Assembly: GCA_964016885.1 (NCBI GenBank)
Contig: OZ024746.1
Location: forward strand, 9,734,001 to 9,798,000
DNA from: Eledone cirrhosa
Taxonomy: Eukaryota
Direction: 5' to 3'
DNA: 64,000 bases
Shown here: piece after piece, positions 46,926 through 59,876 of the stretch
Position numbering within the stretch: position 1 is the first letter of the stretch
Layout: the number at the start of each line of letters is the position of its first letter
Notes under the pieces: generated by a model
Databases searched by the model: none
Told to the model about the DNA's origin: nothing
Seen by the model: only the letters and a program-made list of their open reading frames with translations
Program-made: the position numbers and the translations under genes

Positions 46926-46968
<43 letters not shown>

Positions 46969-47101
46969 CTATATCAAGTGTTTAACTAATATATTTCTTC
47001 ATTGCATTGTGTTATTTGTTTTGTTGTTTCCATCTACTTTTTGCATATATATATATATATATTTACATATTTATATATATCAGTTTTTTTTCTCTTTCCA
47101 G

Positions 47102-47273
47102 GTATGCGGATATTGGTAATGCTGTTGCTCGACACACTCCCTATGTTAGGAAATGTACTTCTGCTATGCTTTTTTGTATTTTTTATTTTTGGAATAATTG
47201 GTGTACAGTTATGGGCTGGTGTGCTCCGAAATCGTTGTTTCTTAAACCTCAGTGCAAATATATCGGTTCCTTC
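47102..47273 (+). CDS. Next internal exon of the same Cav3 T-type calcium channel (S4-S5 linker, domain I S5, start of extracellular turret)
   Basis: Polypyrimidine tract plus cAG at 47099-47101 and GTAAGT donor at 47274. Reads (S)[56 protein letters not shown](S), the characteristic Cav3 [37 protein letters not shown] motif. Phase-compatible with the upstream exon. Confidence 0.96.
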
Positions 47274-47487
47274 GTAAGTACTCTACTTTTACATTTTCTC
47301 TGTCATTTGCATTTTTTTTTTTTTGGCTTATAGTTTTGTGCTATTTTTATTCTCTAAAGTGCAGTTTTAGAATTTATCTGAGTATTGCAAGACATGTCAA
47401 CATGAATGGACCTGTTATTTTTATCTAAAGACATTTTTTCCAATTCCAATCCGTCCATCCCCTCAATCTAACTTATTTTTCATTCTT

Positions 47488-47524
47488 TCTTCTGATGAAG
47501 GACTAGCGGTCCAAAACGTTAAGA
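47488..47524 (+). ncRNA. Hammerhead motif with mutated catalytic G12 (GAAA>AAAA)
   Basis: TCTT-CTGATGA-A-GGAC(tagcg)GTCC-AAAA-CG-TT-AAGA. Stems I and II pair perfectly and the core differs only at 47513. Confidence 0.6.
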
Positions 47525-47561
47525 CCCTCTTCCTGCTATATATATATATATATATATATAT

Positions 47562-47612
<51 letters not shown>

Positions 47613-47925
47613 TAGTAGTAGATAGATATATATATAGTAGTAGATAGATAGATAGATATATATAGTAGTAGATAGATATATATATATATATATAGTAGTA
47701 GATAGATAGATATATATAGTAGTAGATAGATATATATAGTAGTAGATAGATATATATATAGTAGTAGATAGATAGATATATAGTAGTAGATAGATAGATA
47801 TATATATAGTAGTAGATAGATAGATATATATAGATATATATAGATATATATTTCGTTTCTGAAAGAAACAAGATGGCGTAGGACAGAAAAAAGGAGAGGC
47901 ACAAAAACAAAGAAAAGAATCCCCA

Positions 47926-47968
47926 GTCACTGAAGAGGTCACAGAATGTGCGACGAAAGAAGTTTGAC
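47926..47968 (+). ncRNA. Minimal hammerhead motif
   Basis: GTCA-CTGAAGA-G-GTC-ACA(gaa)TGT-gc-GAC-GAAA-GAAG-TT-TGAC. Core intact, 4-bp stem I, essentially no stem III. Confidence 0.55.
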
Positions 47969-48845
47969 AATATATGAACAATCGTCTGGTTGTGGAACCA
48001 ACCAACCAACCGGAAATTTATAAATTCCTAAATTTATAAATTTAATTTATAATAAATTGAAGTGAAAGCAACTGGTGCATGTGTTTATTATTGGCAACAT
48101 GACCCTCCCAAAGTATAACAATATATATATATATAGTAGTAGATAGATTGATATATATAGTAGTAGATAGATAGATATAGTAGTAGATAGATAGATAGAT
48201 ATAGTAGTAGATAGATATATATATAGTAGTACATACATATATATATAGTAGTACATACATATATATAGTACATATATATATATATATATATATATATCAT
48301 CATCATTTCATCATTTCATTTTTACGTCCGCTTTTTCCCTGCTTGCAAGGGTGGGACGGGAACTGATTTTGGCTTGATTTCTACAGCTGGATGCCCTTCC
48401 TAACACCAACCTCATTTACTGTGAGTGCTGGGTGCTTTTTTGCCGTGGCACCTCCACGACCACTTTGCAGTGGAATGATAGGGACCCCAGTCCCTATCAT
48501 TTCATTTCTACAGCTGAGTAAACTGGAGCAATGTGAAATAAAGTGTCTTGCTCAAGGAAACAACACATCACCTGGTCTGAGAATTGAACTCACAACCTTT
48601 CGATTGCAAGGACAATGCTCTACCCACTAAACCATAGTACATACATATATGTGTGTGAGTATAGAACAATGAAAACAAAACATAAGTCAGATATCAGTTG
48701 TTAGTTAATTCATTATTTTACAATCGTTTCAGGGAGTTGATTGGTCGTGGAAGATGACTGTATCAACTAGCATAGTAGTGGTTACATCACTACCTGCTTC
48801 TAGTCTTAAAACTCCTGTAGAACTGAAATTTATTCTCAGAGTATC

Positions 48846-49115
48846 ACCATCATCATCATCATCATCATCATTTAACGTCCATATTCTGCGCTTGCATGGG
48901 TTTGGACGGGAGTTTTCCCACTTGAGGCAAGAGTGGTTGTCTTGCTCGCATAGGACTGTCTGGCGGGTTTTCTAGGGCTGGATGCCCTTCCTAACACCAA
49001 CCACATTTACAGTGTGGAACTGGGAGGTTTTTACCGTGATACCTACACGGCCACATTACAGCGTGGACTGTGTGTTTTTTTGTCGAGACACCTACACGAC
49101 CTCATTTGTTTCGAG
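48846..49115 (-). mobile_element. RTE LINE 3' UTR fragment
   Basis: (CAT)n followed by sequence nearly identical to 9820-10070. Confidence 0.85.
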
Positions 49116-49133
49116 CTAGAGTATATATATATA

Positions 49134-49178
<45 letters not shown>

Positions 49179-49589
49179 CAGGATGGATTCAGTTTGAAAC
49201 TGAACCATTACTCACCAGAGTACTGAATATTTAGGGTAGTAGAGAATGGTTATATTATATTCAGTTAGGACTCTTTATAATATATATGTCCAAAACAAAA
49301 TATATACACACATTGATTACCTGTTTAGGCAATATTTATTAGAATACAGAGCCTTTGTATACATTTTTGGAACACCCTGTGTATATACTCTGAGAATATA
49401 TTTCAGTTCTAATCTATTACATTGAATTACTGTCCATAAACATCATCAGTTGTTGTAAGTGGCACAGTTGGTGATGTTATCAAGTTTATCTCACTACCAT
49501 CTGCTTCTGGGTTCAATCCTATTTTGCAGTACTTTTGGAAGTGTCATTTCTTTTACTTTAATCTCTGGCAAGCCAAAGTTTTGTAAGTG

Positions 49590-49774
49590 AAATTTAGCTG
49601 ATAAACACTGTACAACATATATATATGTGTGAGATTGTATGCTCACACATACACACACATACATCCACATGTATGGTGTGAGCATGAGATTGTGTGTGGA
49701 TGTATGTGTGTGTATGTGTGAGCATACAATCTCACACATATATATATGTTGTACAGTGTTTATCAGCTAAATTT
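49590..49774. repeat. Perfect 80-bp inverted duplication with 25-bp loop
   Basis: Arms 49590-49669 and 49695-49774 read as exact reverse complements (AAATTTAGCTGATAAACACTGTACAAC...). Confidence 0.93.
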
Positions 49775-50719
49775 ATAAACATTCGTTGTACTGGCTCTCT
49801 GTTTTGTTCCTGTTCAAATTTTTCCATTATATATATATATACATTCTCACACATACATTCCAATACCTGATCACATCATATGTGCACATACACTCATGCT
49901 AACACACATGCTCACAAAAACAGTCATGCAGACATGTTCACATATTCACAGAAAATTGCACAGAAACTTGCTAACACACATATATCTACACATGCATATT
50001 TATACACATACATGCAGGTATCACATAAAAGTAAGCTTATACACACATGCATCATGTGTGCTCACATATACATACACATACTCACACATGCACACATATA
50101 CCCTTACTCACACATGCACACATATACTCTTACTCACACATGCATTTACATGCATCGAAATAGATGGAAAATCAGAGAGAAAAAATGTCCTTTAAAACAA
50201 CGCTATCTATTTTATTCAAGTTTGTATCTTAAAATCATTTCTTTTTCATGACAACACATTTTGGATTTCTTTTATTTAAATTTAGAATGAAGTAGTTTCT
50301 TTCAAAGATTATTTTACCATTTTTGGAAAAGATCCTGAATTATGATTTCTGATAATTCTGTCCTGAGACATATAAAGTGTTTTCTTATTTGTTTTGTCAA
50401 TGTTTGGCACAAAGCTATTTTCATTTCCTTTTTCTGGTGTTCTGGCCAGCAAAACCATCATCTACTTTTTCTGGATTCTATCTTACCATCTCAGGGTATT
50501 ATCTGCAAAGATAAGCTGCTAGCTGGAAAAATAAATAACAAAATCTCTCTTGAAAATGTTTTTATTTATTAATCAGAATTATTTTGTTTGGAAAGGAAAA
50601 GAAGAAAGGATGGCTTAATTTTAATATTTGTTCTTTCTTTCTCTGCTTTCATTTCTATCTTCAAACATGAGTCTTTCAGCTTTCTCCTTTGACAGTATTA
50701 AGCTGTTTTGTGTTGTACA

Positions 50720-51729
50720 CATGAACAGACACACATACTCACACACACTCACACATTCACACTCTCTCACACACTCACACACACACACAAACACTCACAC
50801 TCACACTCACACTCACACACACACACACACTCACACACTCACACACACTCACACTCACACACACACACACACTCACACACTCACACACACACACTCTCAC
50901 ACATTCACACTCACACACTCACACACTCACACTCACACACACTCACTCACTCACTCACTCATACACTCACACTCTCACTCACTCACTCTTATTTTACATG
51001 TTGTTTATGCTGACATGGATTGGACATGGTGTCCTGGTCAAGTAATCACGTTTTGCTTATATGTTCCATATTTTGGCATTGTTTCTACAGTTGGATCTCC
51101 TCTCTAATACCAACCAATTTACAGAGTGTACTGGGTGTATTTAATCATGGCACTAACACTACCACATTACAGGCAGAGTTCACTGTATATTATCAGTGCC
51201 AGTTAAAGTCTCTTTCTCCATGGAATATTATTCTTCCTAACATATATTGTGGGAGTCAAAGAATCCTCTTGCAACAATATTGTGACTTGCTGCATTTTAC
51301 TTTAAACAACTGAAAATATGTACACACATTCACACACACGTGCACACACGTACACACTCACATGCATACACACACACACACATACACACACACACACACA
51401 TACACACACATACATACACTCACATGCACACATACATATACACACACATACACACTCACATGCACACATACATACACATACACACACACGTACACACATG
51501 CACACATACAACCACACACACATACACACACATATTCACATATTCACATGCACACAACACAACACACACACATGTGCACATATTCACAGGCACACCATAC
51601 ACACACATATACATACATACGTGCTACTCACATGCACACAACACACACACACAGTCGTACACACACAGGTACACACACTCACATGCCCATAACACACGTA
51701 CACACATACAAACGCACACACACACACAA

Positions 51730-51782
<53 letters not shown>

Positions 51783-52121
51783 CACAGATCAGGGAAAGTG
51801 ATCATTAATTGATGAGGATGATGATGATTTGTAATTCCTCTGCCATTCAAAGATTTTAACAAATACAATCGAAACGATTCAAATCATATTATTGAAATAC
51901 ACAAACATACACTGTACACACACACACACACACAAACATATATATATATATATACATATATATATATGCACACGCACACACACAATTACATATATATACA
52001 CATACATACACATATATATATATACACACACACACATATATATATATATATACACATATATATATATATATACACACACACATATATATATATACACACA
52101 CACACATATATATATATATAT

Positions 52122-52164
<43 letters not shown>

Positions 52165-52179
52165 TATATATATATACAC

Positions 52180-52228
<49 letters not shown>

Positions 52229-52393
52229 CACACACACATATATATATATACACACATATATATATATACGCACACACATATATATATATACACACACACA
52301 CACACATATATATATATATGCACACACATATATATATATATATATATACACACACATATATATATATACATACACACATATATATATACATAT

Positions 52394-52432
<39 letters not shown>

Positions 52433-52468
52433 TATATATACACACACATATATATATATATATATATA
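50720..52468. repeat. (CA)n/(TA)n compound microsatellite field
   Basis: Tracts ~50725-50990, 51320-51785 and 51900-52468. Confidence 0.9.
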
Positions 52469-53139
52469 CTGGACCGAGACCTTTGGCGGTACTCAGTAAT
52501 AGAGAAGACCCGCCTTACCTAAATACAAAGTAAAACCTACTACAATCAGTAGGCATCTCTAACAAAACACACCCCTGTCCCACCACCCCCACCCCATCCA
52601 CACCGCCCCTTTCAATGTAAAGTTATGTTGGTGCGACAACATCCAGGCAGAAACAAATGAGATCGTGTAGGTGTCACGACAAAAAACACACAGTCCACGC
52701 TGTAATGTGGCCGTGTAGGCAACACGGTAAAAACCTCCCAGCCCCACACTGTAAATGTGGTTGGTGTTAGGAAGGGCATCCAGCTGTAGAAAACCCGCCA
52801 GACAGTCCACGCTGCAATGTGGCCATGTAGGCAACACGGTAAAAACCTCCCAGCCCCACACTGTAAATGTGGTTGGTGTTAGGAAGGGCATCCAGCTGTA
52901 GAAAACCCGCCAGACAGTCCACGCTGTAATGTGGCCATGTAGGCAACACGGTAAAAACCTCCCATCCCCACACTGTAAATGTGGTTGGTGTTAGGAAGGG
53001 CATCCAGCTGTAGAAAACCTGCCAGACAGTCCTATGCGAGCAAGACAATCACTCTTGCCTCAAGTGGGAAAACCCCCGTCCAAACCCATGCAAGCGTGGA
53101 ACAGGGACGTTAAACGTTGATGAGGATGATGATGATGAT
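52468..53139 (+). mobile_element. RTE LINE 3' UTR with internal 112-bp tandem triplication
   Basis: CAGTCC recurs at 52691, 52803, 52915 and 53027. (GAT)n tail. Confidence 0.87.
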
Positions 53140-53311
53140 ACTATTTTCTTTGGTAAGTCAGTAAGTCAACATGGTATATGTTGGGTAATGACCAACCAGT
53201 CAGCTGATTGACTCAATCAAAATACCGATGCCATTAACCTGTATTTTTTGGCTTTGTCTGGAATTCATCCAGACATTCCAAAGCAAGAACCAAACATAAT
53301 AATAACAATAA

Positions 53312-53905
53312 TAATTGTTTATACTTTTGGCACAAGGCCAGCAATTACCCAGTGTATTACTGGTACTTTATTTTATCGACCCTGTAAGGATGAAAGGTAA
53401 AGTTAACCTCGGCGGGATTTGAACTCAGAATGGCAAGGGCCGTAACTCTACGCGTCAAAGCATGGCGTCCGACCCTCCACCGATACTGCCAATCCATAAC
53501 AATAATAATTGTTTCTATTATAGGCACAATTTGGGGGGAGTGAAAAGTCGATTAAATCGTTCTCATTGCATTAGTTGTGCTTTATTTTATCGACCCTGTA
53601 AGGATGAAAGGCAAAGCTAACTAACCTCAGCGGGATTTGAAATCAGAACGTAAAGGGCCGTAACTCTATGCCACAAAGCAGATTTTTCAATGCTCTGCCG
53701 ACTCTGCCACCTTAATAATTATAATTGTTTCTACTTTTGGCACAAGGCCAGCAATTATCCCAGTGTATTACTGGTACTTTATTTTATCGAACCCATAAGG
53801 ATGAAAGGCAAAGTTAACCTCGGCAGGATTTGAACTCAGAATGGCAAGGGCCGTAACTCTATGTGTCAAAGCATGGTATCCTACTCTCTTCTGCCAATCC
53901 ACCGT
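53312..53905 (-). mobile_element. Three head-to-tail copies of SINE family A
   Basis: Units start ~53312, ~53505 (variant tail) and ~53721, separated by short (AAT)n. Confidence 0.85.
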
Positions 53906-54787
53906 ATAATAATTAAAATAATGATAAAATATCTTCACTTTTTTCCTAGTTATATTGTTTCCTTACATTCTGACTTCATTTTCTCCACTTCAAATATGCA
54001 CTGACAAACTTACTTTCATGAATAGTTGACTAATCACAATATCGACTTGTAATTAAACAAAGAATATTATCTAGCTTCTGCTTATGAACTTGATCACATT
54101 TTATATCTTTTAAATCATTTATTAATTTCTCATTGTAAACTTGAGATAGCAGGAATAATCACAATGGTACAAAATATTACTGGTCTGTGTATGCAATAGA
54201 AAGAGAAATAACTTTGTTCATTTGGATATAGAATACTCATTGTTATGAAATAATAATGGCTAGTTAGTAAGGAAGGATGTTTAGAAAGTATTCTTCAATA
54301 AAGGAAACAATGCAGGATTGTGATGTCATGAGATATGTTGTGCTGATTCAGATAACCTGTGCTAGCACTGAAAAACTAGCATTACATGGAGATATTTACC
54401 ATGGAATTGGGAGAAGTATGGTGACTGCAGTTAGTGTTGCAACAACAGAAATCTTGGAATGATGGTACAAAATCATTAAATGAATACTTTTAATAGGTCT
54501 GGAGTTAAATATACAGGAACAAAATTCAATAAAAAAGAAAATATCTGGGAGAGAGGAAACCCTCATCTATAGGTGAAATTTCTGCTTTCAAATTTGAAAC
54601 TGCCGGATGAAAAAGGTATCCAAAATTTCTTTAGATAGTAACAGCAATTTAATACATTGTATACTTATGAATTTGTGGAATTAAAGAATCATTACTTTTC
54701 TGAGTACATCTACACTATGCTCTTCTGCACTGGCAATTGCTTTTGGTTCTAAAAATAAAATTCTCAGCCCTGCTCTCAAGAATATTA

Positions 54788-55008
54788 TTAACCCATTAGC
54801 ATTTAAACCGGCTGTATCCAGCCAGAATTCTCTTACCTCTTTCTGTTCAAACCGGCCGTAACCGGCTGCTCATACTTATGATAAGGTTTCTCAAAATAAA
54901 TAATATCAAAATCTCGTAGATTCAATATTAGGTGAGATAATTATGTCAAAGTGTTTACTGTGAAAATATAATAGTAAATATAGAGTAATGTAAATGCTAA
55001 AGGGTTAA
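54788..55008. mobile_element. Same piggyBac-type MITE (another copy ~15619-15841 with damaged right end)
   Basis: TTAA-CCCATTAGCATTTA...TAAATGCTAAAGGG-TTAA. Confidence 0.85.
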
Positions 55009-55623
55009 AGGACATTTTGTTTTCAAATTGCTAGCATCAAAAATGGACGTTAAACGATGTTGATGATAATATTAAACACTGGTATTTTCAAATTTTTAAT
55101 CTATGAAACTCTCACTTAATACCATATTGTCCAAATATACCAAAAGTTCCAAACAGATAAAATATGAATATTCATTTTCATATTTGCCATTGTAAGATTA
55201 AGTTCTATAAAATAGAGGTTCTCAGTTTCATTTTTTTCACCATTTTTCTAGTAACAGGAAATGAGGTTCCAACTCATAACACATCGCTGGAAGAAATGCT
55301 GGGTGTATCAAAAGGAATCGTCTAATTTACATACATATATATCCAGTTAAGATCTAGCTGTTGACACGGTCTGAGCTCAGCCGTCAAGGTCCTGAATCTT
55401 TTCATATATATATATATAATAACAATGAAGAACCAATTAAGATTTACATTATTTTACTCTATGAACGTTTCAATGTAGGATGAAGAGCTGTGCCTCTAAA
55501 TATATATACACACACATAATTTGGATGATATCATTCTTGTATTACAAGATGTTCAATCCAATGTTCAAATGACTGCCAATTTTCAGCTTTACGTACATAT
55601 TGATTTATTTAATACTAAATAGA

Positions 55624-55782
55624 CCCATAGTACTAATTATTGATCTAGTAGAAGGCCCATAGTTCTAAATATGGATTTAGTACACAACCCATAGTACTAA
55701 ATATAGATTTAGTATACAGTCCATAGTATTAAATATAGATTAGTAAACAGCCCATAGTTCTAAATATGGATTTAGTTCAAGG
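55624..55782. repeat. Five tandem ~32-bp units, each with an internal palindrome
   Basis: Consensus CCCATAGTACTAAATATAGATTTAGTANACAG, containing TACTAAAT-N4-ATTTAGTA. Confidence 0.8.
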
Positions 55783-57339
55783 CCTATAACCTGCACCATT
55801 CCTGTTATAGCAATCCTACTTGTAGTTGCCTGGTAGTTAATCTCTTGACCTTGAAAGGTTGAAAAGAATTGACCTCAACAGGAATAAAACAGAATGTAAA
55901 TGGTCTCACAAAAAAATGTTGAATTGGTGGAGTACCATATTGACATACAGAGTTTATAGGGCGTTTTATAAACCTGGCAGAGTCCATCTCCTCTTCAAGT
56001 CTGAATACAGTAGATTTATTCCAGTGAGGTAGAGAGAGTGAGAGAATGAAAGGGAAAAAGAGATAGAGAGAAAGAATCAACTCCAGTACTTGACTGATAC
56101 TTTTTTATTCACCTCAAATTGATGAAAAGCAAAGTTGACCTTGGTGAGATTTGAGCTCAGAGAGCAGAGAGCCAAAACAAATACCACAAAGCATTCTATC
56201 CAACATTCTAACGACTCTGCCTTCACTCCTATAGCAAATTTTCACAATTTTAACAGAAACTACATTAAGGAACCATATATTAAATTATTCATGGAACGAT
56301 GACATCCACAATATAGTATAACCAATTTCTTATTTGCTTGTCCTTTTGGATTACTCAGATGAAGAAAAGTAATGCTTATAATCTCCAAGAATTGTTGTTG
56401 TTTATCCCAAGGTCAGCCTTAAATTAGTAGAACTAAGATTCAACACATTCCATTATTTACCATTTTGTCTTTTCCCTGTGTGCAGGGAACTCAGGTCCAC
56501 ATTAACTGATGTATCTTTTATTAAAACGATTAGGTGAGATTTTGAAGGAGGTTTGACTGTTATTTCTAGCAGGTTGTGTGATCATGTAGAGGCTTCATGG
56601 AAATAAGATGTAGAAACCATAACACATGGGTTAATACTCAGACAAGACAACTAGTACAAGTCTTTAAGACAGAGTGGATTCCACTAAAACAACTCAAGAA
56701 CCAAGTGAAGGCATTAAAACTTTTGATAAGAAACTGCCTGAAACCACTCTAGTTCTATGATACAGAACTGTTTACTTTAAAGTGTTTATATCTATCTAAA
56801 AACCTTTCATCAAAATATTATGTAAAAACTTTTGTCAAGTTATGTTCCAAACACCAACTTAATAATAAGCAAGTTAGTTATATTACTTAATTCCTTCAAT
56901 ATTATTTTCAAAATTGTTTGAAAACCATAGGTAGTCTCTTTCATTAGAAATATGGTAATGAAAGGGTTAAACCAGGTGACAGTTTAAGTCTATCACTCAA
57001 ATATCTCAGCAGCACCTAAACCCAACCAAACCCCACACCACACCATCCCACCCTAGGATGTTATAGAATAGAGTTCTAAATATTGAATGTTATAACATTA
57101 AAAGAGACTACTCTGTGAGTCTAGAACTACTTAGTTAAACTACACATGCTGCAAAAGAAATGAGAAACCTCTCTATAGAAAGTACCATTGATTCAGGCAT
57201 TAAATAGAAAGTAAAGCTACATAATAAAAGACACATAGTCTGTAATATTAAGTCCTGAATTTATAGAAGTAAGATTCATTGAAACTGTTTAATGATGCTT
57301 TTAACAAATCTTTCTGTTTGTCTTTTTTCCTTTCTTCAG

Positions 57340-57363
57340 AATATTCTCTTTAAACCATCAGAA
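57340..57363 (+). CDS. Candidate 24-nt frame-preserving microexon of the Cav3 gene
   Basis: TTAAC branch-like motif, long pyrimidine tract and cAG (57337-39), then 24 nt and GTAATA. Open in the phase-2 frame left by the 47273 donor: (S)IFSLNHQ(N/K). No homology or transcript support available. Confidence 0.3.
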
Positions 57364-58323
57364 GTAATAATTGCTCATTTCAGTATCATCTGTATTTATA
57401 TGTCTGTGTTTGAGTGTATATACACATATGTGTGTATGTGATGGGGCAAATGAGCATGTGATTGAATATATATTTATGTGTATATGTGCGTGTATGTCTG
57501 CCTGTGTATATACACTGTTTATATATATATATATACAAATTTCTGTATGTATCATCATCATCTTCTGTTTTCTCTGCTAGCAAGGGTTATGTATGTAAAT
57601 AGATTTATATATATATATATGTGTGTGTGTGTGTATTCAATGATTCTTTCTAAACAAAGAACTGTGAGGAAAAGATGTTAGGTCAGTGCTGATGGATCGA
57701 TACATTTACTTTAATGTTGTGCACATAAATCAATGAATCATTGAGAAAATTAACTGATTCCTCTGTCTCCGTGATAAAGCTCGCTTTCACCAAGCAACAT
57801 CCTTGATGAGTCAATGGAGCTGCTCAATTTTACTTGCAACATTGAACTTACTATGTAACCTCTTCAGAAAAAAAACACACCATGTAATAAAATAGGAGTT
57901 GGACCAAGTATAGTTTAAAATATATGGAATAAATAAATGGTAAAATAATCATATAGGGAGACATTAATAGTGTTATGGGGAATTGAAAGTAGTGAAGGAG
58001 ATGATGACTTTCTCAATCGAACTGTGAGTTATATTTAATTAAAACTGTGTCAAGAAACCAACTTATAAACACACACACATGTACAAATACACATATATTT
58101 ATAAATACATATATATATATACACACAAGTGTGTGTGTGTAAAATCGGGACTGGGGCACCAAGCGGTTTCGACTTGTGTGTTCAGCAAGCCTTTTCAAGG
58201 GTGTAGTAATATTTGTAGGGTGTGAAAAAATATATAAATACTTGTATCATATTCTACATACAGCTTGCACTTCTGGACATCCCCTTCAACATCTGTTGAC
58301 TAGAGATCTCAATGATTTTGTGT

Positions 58324-58388
<65 letters not shown>

Positions 58389-58749
58389 ATTTATGTTAGC
58401 AAAACGTAATGGAGTTGGTGAAGATGAAGACAGCTAAACGTCTTTCCATGCCATACATAGTTTTCCAAACAGTTGAACTTCAGTGTGTAAGGCTTGCCAA
58501 CATAAACCTCAACCAGAGTCCTTGGGCTGTGGGAATCTTTTCATATTAGATGCATTATTTTATGTACTTTCCTTACGGGGTCGATAAAATAAAGTACCAG
58601 TAATGCACTGGGGTAATTGCTGGCCTTGTGCCTAAAGTAGAAACAATTATTTTATCTACTTTCTTGCCTCTAAGTTCTGAGTTCAAATCCAACTAAAATT
58701 GATTTTTTTTTTTCATTTCATCCCTCCAGGGTTGATAAAATATAGAATG

Positions 58750-59170
58750 TACTGTGTGTAGTGTGTGTGTGTGTGTAATGATTGTGTGTGTGTGTGTGTG
58801 TGTGTAATGTGTGTGTAATGTGTGTGTAATGAGTGTGTGTAATGTGTGTGTGTAGTGTGTAATGTGTGTGTGTGTGTGTGTAATGTGTGTGTGTATGTGT
58901 GTAATGTGTGTGTGTGTGTGTAATGTGTGTGTAATGAGTGTGTGTGTGTGTGTGTAATGTGTGTGTGTAATGTGTGTGTGTAATGTGTATGTGTGTGTGT
59001 GTAATGTGTGTGTGTAATGTGTGTGTGTAATGTGTGTAATGTGTGTCTGTGTGTGTGTGTAATGTGTAATGTGTGTGTGTAATGTGTGTGTAATGTGTGT
59101 GTGTAATGTGTGTGTGTGTGTGCGTGTGTAATGTGTGTGTGTAATGTGTGTGTGTAATGTGTGTGTGTGT
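58750..59170. repeat. (TG)n tract punctuated by TAA
   Basis: Directly visible. Confidence 0.9.
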
Positions 59171-59876
59171 ATGCTTGAGTAAGAAATCAATATTCATGGA
59201 GGAGGGAGCATGAAACTGATTTCATTGAATTACATGATTAATTAACATGCCCCATACTTACCTGTATCTTATCTCACATCCATTCACCCTTATCCGGTAT
59301 CTTACACAACCTCCTTCATAAAGGACCATGTCAAGTGGTAACTCTTGTGCATGAAATTGAAACCTCTTCAAAGAATTTGAATCAGTAATAATTTTATAGT
59401 TTCTTAAGACTTAAAATGTATTCATTGAATGTCAAGTGACTTAATTTTTATTTTGGATGGATGGAAATGCTATTTTAGATATTAATATCTGCTGTTATTT
59501 TATGTTCTATTTCTTTGGTGTGCAATAGATAGGGTATCCTATCTATTGCTGTAGTTATTTAACCCTAGGTCAATCATAATGGAACAGATATTAAGTCTAA
59601 AACATTTTAGCTAGGATCTTACCATCTTTTTGAAAATATTTTGGTCTACATTAACTATTGTGGCCTTTCTTTATTTATGATGATAGAGTAGAGGATAATT
59701 TGAGGGAGATATGGCTGCTAATTTTAGCAGATCAGGGCAGCTCTCTTATTCTAGTCTGTTAATATTGTTCGATAGGTTCTGCAAATTTGAAAGTTTGAGT
59801 GAATTGTTACTTAAGAAAGGTTTTTGGTTTAAGTTTATTTCAGATATAACTCTGCTTTGTGTATTGAGTACATAAA

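Noticed and set aside
55624-55782. CRISPR-like array (32-bp palindromic repeats)
   Set aside because: No unique spacers, eukaryotic context and no cas genes.
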